Source: Candidatus Omnitrophota bacterium
Lineage (GTDB): Bacteria > Omnitrophota > Gorgyraeia > Zapsychrales > Fredricksoniimonadaceae
Direction of reading: 5' to 3'
NCBI GenBank assembly: GCA_903860135.1
Contig: CAIOPG010000017.1
Span: 11,364 to 75,363, forward strand
DNA: 64,000 nt
The position numbers and the translations under genes were made by a program. Below, in pieces: positions 10,676-19,698 of this stretch. How positions within the stretch are numbered: position 1 is the first letter of the stretch; every line of letters begins with the position of its first letter. The notes beneath the pieces are model-generated. The model saw only the letters and a program-made list of their open reading frames with translations. It was not told the DNA's origin and searched no databases.

Positions 10676-12457
10676 ATGACAACAGCACACACATTCCACA
10701 TACCCGTCATGGGGACCTCATTCACCATAGATTCACCTATCCGGGTGGCTCGCTATGGCATTTCATCGGTCATTTCACTGGTCGATGACAACCTGATCGA
10801 AGATGTCCGTAAGTTTTACGCCGCGCGTTATAAAGAACCGTTCACTCCCATCAAGAAATTTGACGAAGACTGGCGTGCGCGCCGGATCACCGAATATCTG
10901 AACCTTGTCAACCGCATTGTCGGTCAACAAACAGCAGATGTCCGCGCCGCAGCTTTCGAGCCCGGTTCCGAGATCACCCGTTATTTCGACCTCATCCCCG
11001 ATGAATCAGCGTCCAAAAAACTTTACAAACGCATGCTCGATACGCAAGATGCCTCAGCACGTCAGGCACTTCAGGATGAGTTGCGCACTCATGTCATCGC
11101 GGGGCGTATCGATGTCAACATCATGACCAAGCTTGATAAGCCCAATGTGGACCGTAACGGAAATCTTTTGTCTGAAGAATTCTCCGACGCCTTGTCTGCC
11201 CTGCGCGGATTTGCCCAAAGCACGATCAACGGTGCCATCGAACTCTCGGCCGGATTTAACCGCCGCCTTTACACCTATATTGAAGAATTTGCTGATTTCT
11301 ATGCTGATGCGGTCGGAGACTTCAAGAAAGAGATCATCCTTAAAGTGAGCGATTACCGTTCCGCCATCACCCAGGGAAAATTTCTTGCCCGCAAAGGCCT
11401 TTGGGTATCCGAGTTCCGCATCGAATCCGGACTGAATTGTGGCGGTCATGCTTTTGCCGGATCGGGCAATCTGATGGGACCTGTCCTTGAGGAATTCAAA
11501 CAAAAGCGCCAAGAGCTCATCAGCCAACTTGACGGCTTCTGCCGTGAAGCCCTCAAATTAAAAGACAGGATCGTGCCTTCCGCCCCGCTTTCTTTCCGTG
11601 TTACCGCGCAAGGCGGTATCGGTACTGCCCAGGAAGACACGTTCCTCAAGCGTTATTACGGCTTGACAACAACCGGCTGGGGATCTCCCTTCTTACTCGT
11701 TCCCGAAGCGGTGCAGATTGACAAAGATACACACCAGAAACTCGCCGCTGCCGGTGAAGATGACCTTTTCCTGAGCAACGTTTCCCCGCTCAATGTGGCC
11801 TTCAACAATCTGCGCAATTCCCTCAGTGAATTAAGGCGCTGTGAAATGATCACCGCGGGGACCCCCGGCAGCCTGTGCGTCTTAGGCCACCTGGCAACCA
11901 ATACAGAATTTACAAAGAATCCCGTATGTACCGCTTCGCGCACCTATCAAAAATTAAAACTTGAAGCTCTTAGAGCACTGGGACTGCCCCGGGAAGAATA
12001 CGAACGACAGGCCGCCAAGATCACGGACAAAGCCTGTGTATGCGCCCAACTCGGTGATAGTTTCTACAAGAATACGCTTCAGGACAAGCTCACTGGTTCT
12101 TTCCCTGCTGTATGCCCGGGGCCCAATATCGCCTATTTCAACCGTGCCGCCACGCTCAAGGAAATGATCGATCATATTTACGGCCGGATCAATATTATGC
12201 CCTTCCCCAACCGTCCCCATATGTTCATCAAGGAACTGAAACTGAACCTCAACCAGTTCGCCGAACTTTACGCCAACAAGAAACAAGAGGACGCCGAACG
12301 CAAAGACCCGGTCCGCGATGAGTTCCGGCAGAACCTCGAAGAAGGCATCACCTATTACCGCCAACTGATACCACAGATCATCGAAGAAACAGAAGCCTTC
12401 CGCGCCAGGATGCTCCAGGAACTCGACCTCTGCACCCAACGCCTCGCCACGCTGTAA
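10676..12457 (+). CDS. Conserved hypothetical protein, 593 aa (possible TIM-barrel flavin oxidoreductase-like region)
   Basis: Long uninterrupted ORF divergent from bioB. The internal segment GGIGTAQEDTFLKRYYGLTTTGWGSPFLLVPEA resembles the GGI...GT.F..PE FMN-binding motif of nitronate-monooxygenase/FabK-type enzymes. Function unknown. Confidence 0.7.
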   Translation: MTTAHTFHIPVMGTSFTIDSPIRVARYGISSVISLVDDNLIEDVRKFYAARYKEPFTPIKKFDEDWRARRITEYLNLVNRIVGQQTADVRAAAFEPGSEITRYFDLIPDESASKKLYKRMLDTQDASARQALQDELRTHVIAGRIDVNIMTKLDKPNVDRNGNLLSEEFSDALSALRGFAQSTINGAIELSAGFNRRLYTYIEEFADFYADAVGDFKKEIILKVSDYRSAITQGKFLARKGLWVSEFRIESGLNCGGHAFAGSGNLMGPVLEEFKQKRQELISQLDGFCREALKLKDRIVPSAPLSFRVTAQGGIGTAQEDTFLKRYYGLTTTGWGSPFLLVPEAVQIDKDTHQKLAAAGEDDLFLSNVSPLNVAFNNLRNSLSELRRCEMITAGTPGSLCVLGHLATNTEFTKNPVCTASRTYQKLKLEALRALGLPREEYERQAAKITDKACVCAQLGDSFYKNTLQDKLTGSFPAVCPGPNIAYFNRAATLKEMIDHIYGRINIMPFPNRPHMFIKELKLNLNQFAELYANKKQEDAERKDPVRDEFRQNLEEGITYYRQLIPQIIEETEAFRARMLQELDLCTQRLATL

Positions 12458-12503
12458 ACCAATTCAAATACCACCAAAATTCTTTTTCTATCCACGCAAC
12501 GTG

Positions 12504-13733
12504 TTACTTGGAAATATTCCTTGCAACTGCCCGTGCGGCGGCGATGGCGCTTGACCATGCCCACTGTAGGTTGAAACCACCGATACGACCATCCACATCC
12601 AGGACTTCCCCGGCGAAATACAGACCTTCCTGTAAGCGGGACTCAAGCGTTGCGCCTTTGAGCTCTTCAAGGTCAACGCCGCCAGCTGTGACTTCGGCCT
12701 TAGCGTAGCCTGCGGTATCACCAACAGGTAACGGGCATGCGCGCAGGGACCGCTGCAAGGCGCGGCGCTCGTCCACACGCAGTTCACCTGACGGACGGAG
12801 CGGATCAACCTTGGCCAATTGAGCCAGGACAATAACAAGCCGTTCGGGCAAGTACGCGGTCAGGATATTCTTGATACTGCGCCGATTCCCGGGAATAATA
12901 ACAGTACTGATATCCTCCCCTTTAACCGTTGGCAAGAAATCAGCACGGATCTCAACCGGCCCCTGCGCCATGGCCTTAAGCCACGGTCCGGCCACCTCCA
13001 TGGCCGCCGGGCCGCTGAACCCCTGATGCGTAAAAAGGAACGGTCCTTCAACCGACAAGAGTTTTTTCCCGCCGCCCCACAACGACAAACGCACCGGCGA
13101 TGTGATCCCGCCCAGCGTGGCAAAGCTGTCATCTCCGGCGAATAAGGCGACCAAGGCGGGATGTGCGGGAACAAGGCGATGCCCGAAATTCCCGGCAAAA
13201 ACATAACCGCTGCCATCAGAACCAGTCGCGGGATAAGAAAGACCGCCCGTGGTTACAAGAACCTTCCGGGCTGACCTTAAGAAATCATGGCCGACCACAT
13301 TGAAACCAGTGCCTTCAGCCGCCAGTGAAATAACCCGGCGGCCGCATTCAATCACAGCCCCATAATGCCGTGCGGCGCGCACAAGGGCATCGCGCACCGT
13401 CGATGCCTTGTCGTCTGCCGCGAAGAATTCTCCGGAAGGCTGGACGGCCAAAGGAGCTCCCAACGCCTCAAAGAAAGCCACCGCGTCGTGCGGCGAGAAG
13501 GTTTGAAGGACATGCCGCAAGGTATGTGCGTTGCCGGCATGGAAATCTTTTGCTGTCACGCGCGCATGGGTCGCGTTACAGCGACCGCCCCCCGTGATAA
13601 GCAGTTTTAAGCCCGGCTCACGCTGGCCTTCAAGGACCAGCACATTCAGCCCAAGCCTGCCCGCCTCCGCCGCGGCCATAAGCCCTGCCGCTCCGGCGCC
13701 AATAATGATCAGGTCATATGCTGTGGCCGTCAT
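12504..13733 (-). CDS. HI0933/YhiN-family FAD-dependent oxidoreductase
   Basis: YDLIIIGAGAAGLMAA Rossmann FAD motif followed by TGGGRCN, as in the BaiN/HI0933 family. Overlaps the upstream dehydrogenase stop by 4 bp. Confidence 0.8.
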   Translation of the reverse strand: MTATAYDLIIIGAGAAGLMAAAEAGRLGLNVLVLEGQREPGLKLLITGGGRCNATHARVTAKDFHAGNAHTLRHVLQTFSPHDAVAFFEALGAPLAVQPSGEFFAADDKASTVRDALVRAARHYGAVIECGRRVISLAAEGTGFNVVGHDFLRSARKVLVTTGGLSYPATGSDGSGYVFAGNFGHRLVPAHPALVALFAGDDSFATLGGITSPVRLSLWGGGKKLLSVEGPFLFTHQGFSGPAAMEVAGPWLKAMAQGPVEIRADFLPTVKGEDISTVIIPGNRRSIKNILTAYLPERLVIVLAQLAKVDPLRPSGELRVDERRALQRSLRACPLPVGDTAGYAKAEVTAGGVDLEELKGATLESRLQEGLYFAGEVLDVDGRIGGFNLQWAWSSAIAAARAVARNISK

Positions 13734-15061
13734 AACCGCCAGTACCGGAGGCGGGATCCTTTAAAACATTCAGGATCAAAAAGCCCTTTCACATCCACGA
13801 CAACCCCCTTGCCTTTCGCCGAAGCCAGGTGGGCTTTGAGTACGGCCGGGGTCAGGATATCCTTAAACACCGCGTGATTAACCGCAATGACAATGCCGTC
13901 CAGTTTCATGTTCCTGTTGTACGTCACCAGCTCCACCGCGTATTCTGCCCTGACCTCTTCCTTGTCCGCCAAGGGATCAGCCGCAAGGACCTTAACCCCG
14001 TATTCTTTCAGTTCATTAATAATATCAATGACCCGGCTGTTGCGGATATCCGATACATTTTCCTTGAACGTGATGCCCAGGATCAGCACCTTGGCGTCCT
14101 TGACGGCTTTGCCTGCCTCGATCAACAGTTTCACCGTCTGCTGGGCGATATACTGGCCCATGCTGTCATTGATGCGGCGGCCGGCGAGGATAACCTGCGG
14201 ATGATAGCCGATCTCTTCGGCCTTGAATGTCAAATAATACGGATCAACACCAATGCAATGGCCGCCCACAAGGCCGGGATTCATCTTGATAAAATTCCAC
14301 TTGGTACCGGCCGCCTCCAGAACAGAGCGGGTATCAATGCCCATTTTGTGAAAGATCAGGGCGAGTTCATTCATGAGCGCGATATTCAGGTCGCGCTGGG
14401 TATTCTCGATAACCTTGGCCGCTTCGGCAACCTTGATCGATTGCGCCCGAAAGACGCCGGCCTTGACCACCAGGCTGTACACAGCGGCAACATCGTCGAG
14501 CGTCGCCGCATCACAGCCGGACACCACTTTGACAATACGGGTCAGGGTATGTTCCTTGTCGCCGGGGTTAATGCGTTCGGGGGAATACCCCACCTTGAAA
14601 TCCCTGCCGCACACCAACCCTGAATATTCCTCGAGGATCGGGACACAAACATCTTCGGTAACGCCGGGATAAACCGTTGACTCATACACAACCGTACTGC
14701 CCTTGGCCAGATGCCGCCCCACCAGTTCCGACGCACGCTTCAGGCAGGCCAGATCCGGGATCTTGTTGATCGTGATTGGTGTCGGGACCGCCACAATGAT
14801 GAATTTTGCCTTCCGGAGCAGTGCGGCATCATCGGTAATTGTCAGGAAAGCAGACCCGTTGAGTGCCTCCGCCGACATCTCGCCGGTATGATCATGGGCT
14901 TTCCTGAGCGCCGCGACCCGCCTGGCGTTGACATCAAAGCCAATGGTCTGGAAATTCTTCCCAAACTCAACAGCCAAAGGAAGCCCCACATATCCCAGCC
15001 CGACCACCGCGATTTTTTCTTTCCCGGTACTGATCTGTTCCGCTAATGTCATGATGATCAC
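13730..15061 (-). CDS. Nucleotide-sugar dehydrogenase (UDP-glucose/UDP-GlcNAc 6-dehydrogenase family)
   Basis: N-terminal NAD motif IAVVGLGYVGLPLA and the catalytic-Cys region GGHCIGVDP. 443 aa. Confidence 0.85.
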   Translation of the reverse strand: MIIMTLAEQISTGKEKIAVVGLGYVGLPLAVEFGKNFQTIGFDVNARRVAALRKAHDHTGEMSAEALNGSAFLTITDDAALLRKAKFIIVAVPTPITINKIPDLACLKRASELVGRHLAKGSTVVYESTVYPGVTEDVCVPILEEYSGLVCGRDFKVGYSPERINPGDKEHTLTRIVKVVSGCDAATLDDVAAVYSLVVKAGVFRAQSIKVAEAAKVIENTQRDLNIALMNELALIFHKMGIDTRSVLEAAGTKWNFIKMNPGLVGGHCIGVDPYYLTFKAEEIGYHPQVILAGRRINDSMGQYIAQQTVKLLIEAGKAVKDAKVLILGITFKENVSDIRNSRVIDIINELKEYGVKVLAADPLADKEEVRAEYAVELVTYNRNMKLDGIVIAVNHAVFKDILTPAVLKAHLASAKGKGVVVDVKGLFDPECFKGSRLRYWRL

Positions 15062-15092
15062 CTTTTTATACAGGTCTTGTTAAGGCCACGAT

Positions 15093-15150
15093 CAGCCCGC
15101 TTATACTTTCACCCGCGACAGCCAGGATTTGTTCTCCAGGTACCATCGGA
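15093..15150 (-). pseudogene. Remnant/duplicate of an epimerase gene 3' end (encodes ...KIRWYLENKSWLSRVKV*), one copy of a ~58-bp direct repeat
   Basis: About 50/58 nt identical to 18715-18772, which is the true 3' end of the epimerase gene (VQWYLDNKAWVSRVKV*). It sits immediately downstream of the stop of the giant gene. Confidence 0.55.
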
Positions 15151-15155
15151 TTTTA

Positions 15156-18100
15156 TCATTGCTTCAAAAATTGTAGCAAATTATCCATGGGTACAATATC
15201 GTGAATAATAGGCGTAAAACCTGGCGCGTCGATGTATTGCTTCAGCATCATCGGATCCGGAGCGAATTGAAGAAAGGCTTCCTGCGGACCTGATGCTACG
15301 GCCTGTGCGGCACGGTTTAAATCAATACCGCCGTCACGCGCAACAGCGGCTTGATCAAGATTAGCTATCGTGGCTCTCACCAAAGGCTCAAGATAACCGA
15401 AATCAATCGATGCGATCTCTTGACTGAAATACTTGTTCAACAGCAAAATATGCGGCACATAAAAAGAGATAGGATTCGGAAACTGCCCTTCAAACAACTT
15501 TTTTACTAAAGATGCAACAGATTCAACCGCGTATTGACGCCAATTGGCTCCAAAATCTCTTCCCTCGATCGGCTCAGCCACCCATAAACGATGAAACTGC
15601 TCACTATCACCGCTGATTACTGCTAATAAGACCTGCATGAAGATCAATTCTGCCTGGCTACTAAGAGAACGCGAACTTCCAACCTCGTGACGTATTTTAA
15701 ACAAAACACGCTCAATAAGTATCTGACTTAAAGACATCGTATTAATATTACCCGCGATTATGTAGTCGGTCCAATAGAGAGACTTCTCCTTCTCTGTAAA
15801 ATAAAAGCCATAGTTATCCCCATAAACCTCTCCTAATAAATTAATATAAAATCGATTATGTCTTGAAAAAAAGAAGCCTGGCACTCTTTCGGAAGCACCG
15901 GCAAGTTCCTGCGCGGCACCCTCCTTAAAAACATGGAACACGCGCACCCGATGATCATCAGCCGCTTGTTCAAGCCCGTATTTCTTTATGCTCGCTTTAG
16001 TATCGCTCCCACGCATAAATGCAGAATAATACTTAGCCTGAATAACCTGCTCCTGATGCAATTGTTCCGTCACAGTAACAAGATCCTTGATCTCCCGCCC
16101 TTGAACGCGTAACATTTCTTTGGCATGATCGTCATCCACCGAAAAGACCCATACAATATTTTTCGGCAGATCCTTGAACATGGCGCGTGCCGCATCTATG
16201 TTCTGCGGGACAAGGATCCCGTTGGTGATCACATATACTTCTGTCGCGGCTGTTGACGCGGCTTTAAGGACTTCAATAAAATCTTCTGACAAACCGCCTT
16301 CGTTCATTTTCTTTTTGCCAAAAACCATAGTCTCACCGGGGCCGAGCAGGCGGATGCGATCAGCGCCATGCACCATGTCTATCCTTCTCAGTATCTCCTC
16401 TTTCGAAAGTTCTCCGTTAGACCCAGCCTCCTTGCGCAGATTGGCTGCAATGCACATAGGGCAGTTGAACGGACACCGGGCTGTCAGCATCAGGCTGAAA
16501 TCATTCCTTAGCGAAGCTTCGTAAGGATAAAGAAAATTGATCAACTCAAAGGCTCTTGTAACAGGAGATTTCTTTTCCTCCTGTTTAAGAACCTCTGCTT
16601 TCATATGGGGGATATCAATAAGATCCAACACGCTTGTGACCATCGACTTCCCGGATGTTGTTACTCCTTTGGGAATCTCCACGGTCCTAACAAGTTCCTG
16701 AAATCCCTGAAAACGGCGCTCGATCAATACCTTCCAAAATAATCTTTTCTGCTCGGAGGGTTTATACCTTTTACTGCTCGACAGGCATTTCGACAGAGCC
16801 TCAGAAGTTAAGAAAGACTCCTGCCTTGAAAGGTAAGCGATAAATGCTTTGCTATCATTTATTTCTTTCAAAAGAGATCCGAACTCGTAACTTGTATTGA
16901 AATCAACCGCTGGAATAGGTAAACGGGGGCGCTGGTTATCATCATCATTTGAAAAACCCTCTTGCATTAAAAGCATGGCCAACACCGGGAACATTGAGGT
17001 TCGATATTGCTCGTATATCTTCATGTAATCATCACGAGAAAGATGGTTACGTTCCCTGTCATTAGGAAAAACAAATGTAAGTCGCGTATTCCAAGGCATA
17101 TCTGATAGTGATCGTCCTTGTTGATTGAAATAAGACTGCAAAGCTCTCTTGATATCCTTCTCATTAAGATATGGTGTCATGATCGAACGAACAACTATTT
17201 CCTGATACACCGCCCAAACAGATTTCCAACTATCGTCGGCATCGCCTGCAAGTTCCCAAAGGCCACTACTTACAAGGTAATCATGGAACATTTCAGGAGT
17301 TAAATGCAACAAATGCCGCTTGGCATCCCTCAGTTTTATCGGATCAAGCGTATCCATTGCATTGAGCCAGCCAACCACATCATTGGGGGCAATGACCGCT
17401 GCCTCGGCACGGTTTGCTCCCGCATGAACAAGTTGAAGCCCGGGGATGGTATTGACCGCCTCAGGGGGAATCACGTTAATTGGGGTGTTATCCGCCCCCA
17501 GGACAATCCCTCCTGAAAAATATTTCCTCGGCACCATCTCCCCGTCCAGAGGATCGCGTTCTTCACGGACAAGATTGACTTCTCCCCGGTGGAATGCCTC
17601 AACATAACGCGCCCATATCTTCTCCGGCATTTTCAGGTCATCAATATCCACACCCGCCACTTTATTGCGGCTCACATACGTTCTTTCCAAAATACTGCCC
17701 CTGACCTTGCGTTTATACCACCCGGCAAGGATCACGGCATAACAAATCTGGCGAAGCCGCGCAAAAGCCCTGTCCTGATTGACCGCACGTTCAAGCTCTG
17801 GTAAAACAGCTTCCCTTAAGACTTGAGCTGCCAGATCCATTGCTTTTCCGGAAACGACCTTACTGGCTTTCGTGAGAACAGAATGTTCAAGGGCGGCATA
17901 ATCACTTTCCAGCATGACCTTCAGATGACAACCAGCCACATACACGCGATCCTTGTTTTCGGACACACGCGCCTCATCGGGGATGATCCAGACTTTGTTA
18001 AACACATCCAAGGGGATATCCGTTGTGCCAAACTTCTCAAAAGCCCTGGCGTATATCTTTGCCCAGAAAGCCTTGCCCGACGTCACGTCAGGGTGCAGTA

Positions 18101-18524
18101 GCCGTGATGCCACTTGTTTCAAGGTAAGATCCTGGTCCAAAAGATCGCGGCCCATTTCTGTCCTGCCAAAAGCCGGGGGCATAATGCGCCCTTTTTCATA
18201 GGGGCTGAGGTTAACCCATAGATCACCATCGGGCACCGTGAGCGCTGTCAGGAAATATTTGATCGCACGATTAGCTTCGGCGTTTAATCCAGGCACAGCC
18301 ACCGACGAACCAGGATCGAGGATAAAATCAAACTCCAAGGGATCATCCAAATGAACTTTCAACCCCCGTAATAATGGAAGATTATCCGCCAAGGCCGTAA
18401 CCGGACGGATCGAAGGAAGCATAGCGGGGATCCCTTGGGCCAAAGCTGGTGGCACAAGGCTGGTTGAGATAAAAGCCAGAAGTACCCCCACGCATAAAAT
18501 TCTTTTGATCAACAAACTAACCAT
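15156..18524 (-). CDS. Giant (~1,122 aa) low-GC protein with N-terminal Sec-type signal peptide and an embedded radical SAM core; function unknown
   Basis: The track ORF begins at a GTG codon (18531-18533, reverse strand); the ATG at 18522-18524, codon 4 of that ORF, is the likely start, preceded by the SD AGGTGAGGGGG. N-terminus MVSLLIKRILCVGVLLAFISTSLVPPALA|QG has an AXA cleavage site. Mid-protein CPFNCPMC (CxxxCxxC), then LLGPGETMV (GGE-like) and VYVITNGILV (TNG motif). GC is about 38-40%, versus 52-62% in neighbouring genes. Confidence 0.85.
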   Translation of the reverse strand: MVSLLIKRILCVGVLLAFISTSLVPPALAQGIPAMLPSIRPVTALADNLPLLRGLKVHLDDPLEFDFILDPGSSVAVPGLNAEANRAIKYFLTALTVPDGDLWVNLSPYEKGRIMPPAFGRTEMGRDLLDQDLTLKQVASRLLHPDVTSGKAFWAKIYARAFEKFGTTDIPLDVFNKVWIIPDEARVSENKDRVYVAGCHLKVMLESDYAALEHSVLTKASKVVSGKAMDLAAQVLREAVLPELERAVNQDRAFARLRQICYAVILAGWYKRKVRGSILERTYVSRNKVAGVDIDDLKMPEKIWARYVEAFHRGEVNLVREERDPLDGEMVPRKYFSGGIVLGADNTPINVIPPEAVNTIPGLQLVHAGANRAEAAVIAPNDVVGWLNAMDTLDPIKLRDAKRHLLHLTPEMFHDYLVSSGLWELAGDADDSWKSVWAVYQEIVVRSIMTPYLNEKDIKRALQSYFNQQGRSLSDMPWNTRLTFVFPNDRERNHLSRDDYMKIYEQYRTSMFPVLAMLLMQEGFSNDDDNQRPRLPIPAVDFNTSYEFGSLLKEINDSKAFIAYLSRQESFLTSEALSKCLSSSKRYKPSEQKRLFWKVLIERRFQGFQELVRTVEIPKGVTTSGKSMVTSVLDLIDIPHMKAEVLKQEEKKSPVTRAFELINFLYPYEASLRNDFSLMLTARCPFNCPMCIAANLRKEAGSNGELSKEEILRRIDMVHGADRIRLLGPGETMVFGKKKMNEGGLSEDFIEVLKAASTAATEVYVITNGILVPQNIDAARAMFKDLPKNIVWVFSVDDDHAKEMLRVQGREIKDLVTVTEQLHQEQVIQAKYYSAFMRGSDTKASIKKYGLEQAADDHRVRVFHVFKEGAAQELAGASERVPGFFFSRHNRFYINLLGEVYGDNYGFYFTEKEKSLYWTDYIIAGNINTMSLSQILIERVLFKIRHEVGSSRSLSSQAELIFMQVLLAVISGDSEQFHRLWVAEPIEGRDFGANWRQYAVESVASLVKKLFEGQFPNPISFYVPHILLLNKYFSQEIASIDFGYLEPLVRATIANLDQAAVARDGGIDLNRAAQAVASGPQEAFLQFAPDPMMLKQYIDAPGFTPIIHDIVPMDNLLQFLKQ

Positions 18525-18721
18525 CCCCCTCACCTTTCATCAATGAAGAAGTGTTATATTTATTACGGCAATAGGACAAATCATGGGTAATAAACGAATT
18601 GTGCGCTGATTATTAAGACTATTAAAAAAATCCGAGATTAAATGCTATCCACCTGAACTTCAGATATAACCATAACATTTAACCCGCATTCTTTCAATAC
18701 GGGTTCTGCGCAACAGCCCGC
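18525..18721 (-). promoter_or_regulatory. AT-rich (~190 bp) upstream region of the giant gene containing its RBS and probable promoter
   Basis: The only long AT-rich intergenic tract in this gene string. Strong SD (AGGTGAGG) 6-7 nt before the ATG. On the minus strand there is a possible -35/-10 pair, TTGAAA-N17-TATGGT (about 18669-18697). No experimental support. Confidence 0.4.
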
Positions 18722-18772
18722 TTATACTTTCACCCGCGATACCCAGGCTTTGTTGTCTAGGTACCATTGAAC
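18715..18772 (-). repeat. Second copy of the ~58-bp direct repeat (the intact 3' end of the epimerase gene)
   Basis: cagcccgcttatactttcacccgcga.a.ccagg.tttgtt.tc.aggtaccat..ga is shared with 15093-15150. Confidence 0.6.
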
Positions 18773-19690
18773 TGTCCGGCGAACGCCTTCGTCGAGCCCG
18801 ATCTTCGGCTTCCAGGCCAGCAGGCGTCCGGCTTTCTCGATATTTGCCCACGTGGCTTTGATGTCCGTCTTGTGGAAAGCTTTCTCCTGGCGCGTCGAAG
18901 GCTTGCCGAGGTATCGCTCGATAAGGGCGATGGCTTCATTCAAGTCATAGGGACGATTCCCACCCAGGTTGATCGTCTCAAAACCGACCTTCTTCAGCGC
19001 CTTGATGGTGCCGTCGGCAATGTCATCGACATAAGTGAAATCACGGCGCTGGGTCCCGTCACCAAACACCTCCATGGCCTTGCCTTCATCGATCCACTTG
19101 ATAAAGCGGAAAATGCACATGTCCGGGCGTCCCGCTGGACCGTAGACCGTAAAATAACGCACCACCGACACATCGATTCCGTAAAGATAGTGGTACGTAT
19201 ACGCCATCACTTCTGCCGCCTTCTTGCTCGCGGCATAGGGTGAAATCGGCGTATTGACCGGAAGATCCTCGTTGAAGGGCATCTTCTGACCGGCGTAAAG
19301 CGATGATGTTGACGCCAGGACAAATTTCTTCACCTTGTATTCCCGGCAAAGCTCCAGGACATTGAGCGTCCCGTTGGCATTGGTCGTCATATAAATAAAA
19401 GGATTTTCCATGCTGTAACGCACGCCGGCACGCGCCGCCAGGTTCATCACGGCATCAAAAGCATGGGTTTTGAAAATACGTCGCAGAAAAGAAATATCTT
19501 CAATATCCCCCTTGTAGAATGTAAAGCCGGGATACTTCTTCAACGCTTTCAGCCGGAACTGTTTCAGGCGCACATCGTAATAATCATTCATGTTATCCAC
19601 TCCGACAACATGAACCCCTTGCTTGAGCAGTTTCTCGGCGGTACACGCCCCAATGAACCCTGCCGCGCCAGTCAATAAGATCGTTTTCAT
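18722..19690 (-). CDS. NAD-dependent nucleotide-sugar epimerase/dehydratase (UDP-glucuronate/UDP-GlcNAcA 4-epimerase-like SDR)
   Basis: ILLTGAAGFIGACTAEKLL Rossmann motif and the YAASK catalytic motif of extended SDRs. 322 aa. Confidence 0.85.
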   Translation of the reverse strand: MKTILLTGAAGFIGACTAEKLLKQGVHVVGVDNMNDYYDVRLKQFRLKALKKYPGFTFYKGDIEDISFLRRIFKTHAFDAVMNLAARAGVRYSMENPFIYMTTNANGTLNVLELCREYKVKKFVLASTSSLYAGQKMPFNEDLPVNTPISPYAASKKAAEVMAYTYHYLYGIDVSVVRYFTVYGPAGRPDMCIFRFIKWIDEGKAMEVFGDGTQRRDFTYVDDIADGTIKALKKVGFETINLGGNRPYDLNEAIALIERYLGKPSTRQEKAFHKTDIKATWANIEKAGRLLAWKPKIGLDEGVRRTVQWYLDNKAWVSRVKV

Positions 19691-19698
19691 AGCTATCG

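Noticed and set aside
13829-14623. 264-aa plus-strand ORF
   Set aside because: Antisense to the nucleotide-sugar dehydrogenase. It is His/Gly/Arg-rich shadow-frame sequence.
15093-15150. Repeat copy as an independent small gene
   Set aside because: Only about 17 codons of the epimerase C-terminus remain, with no start codon. It is a remnant.
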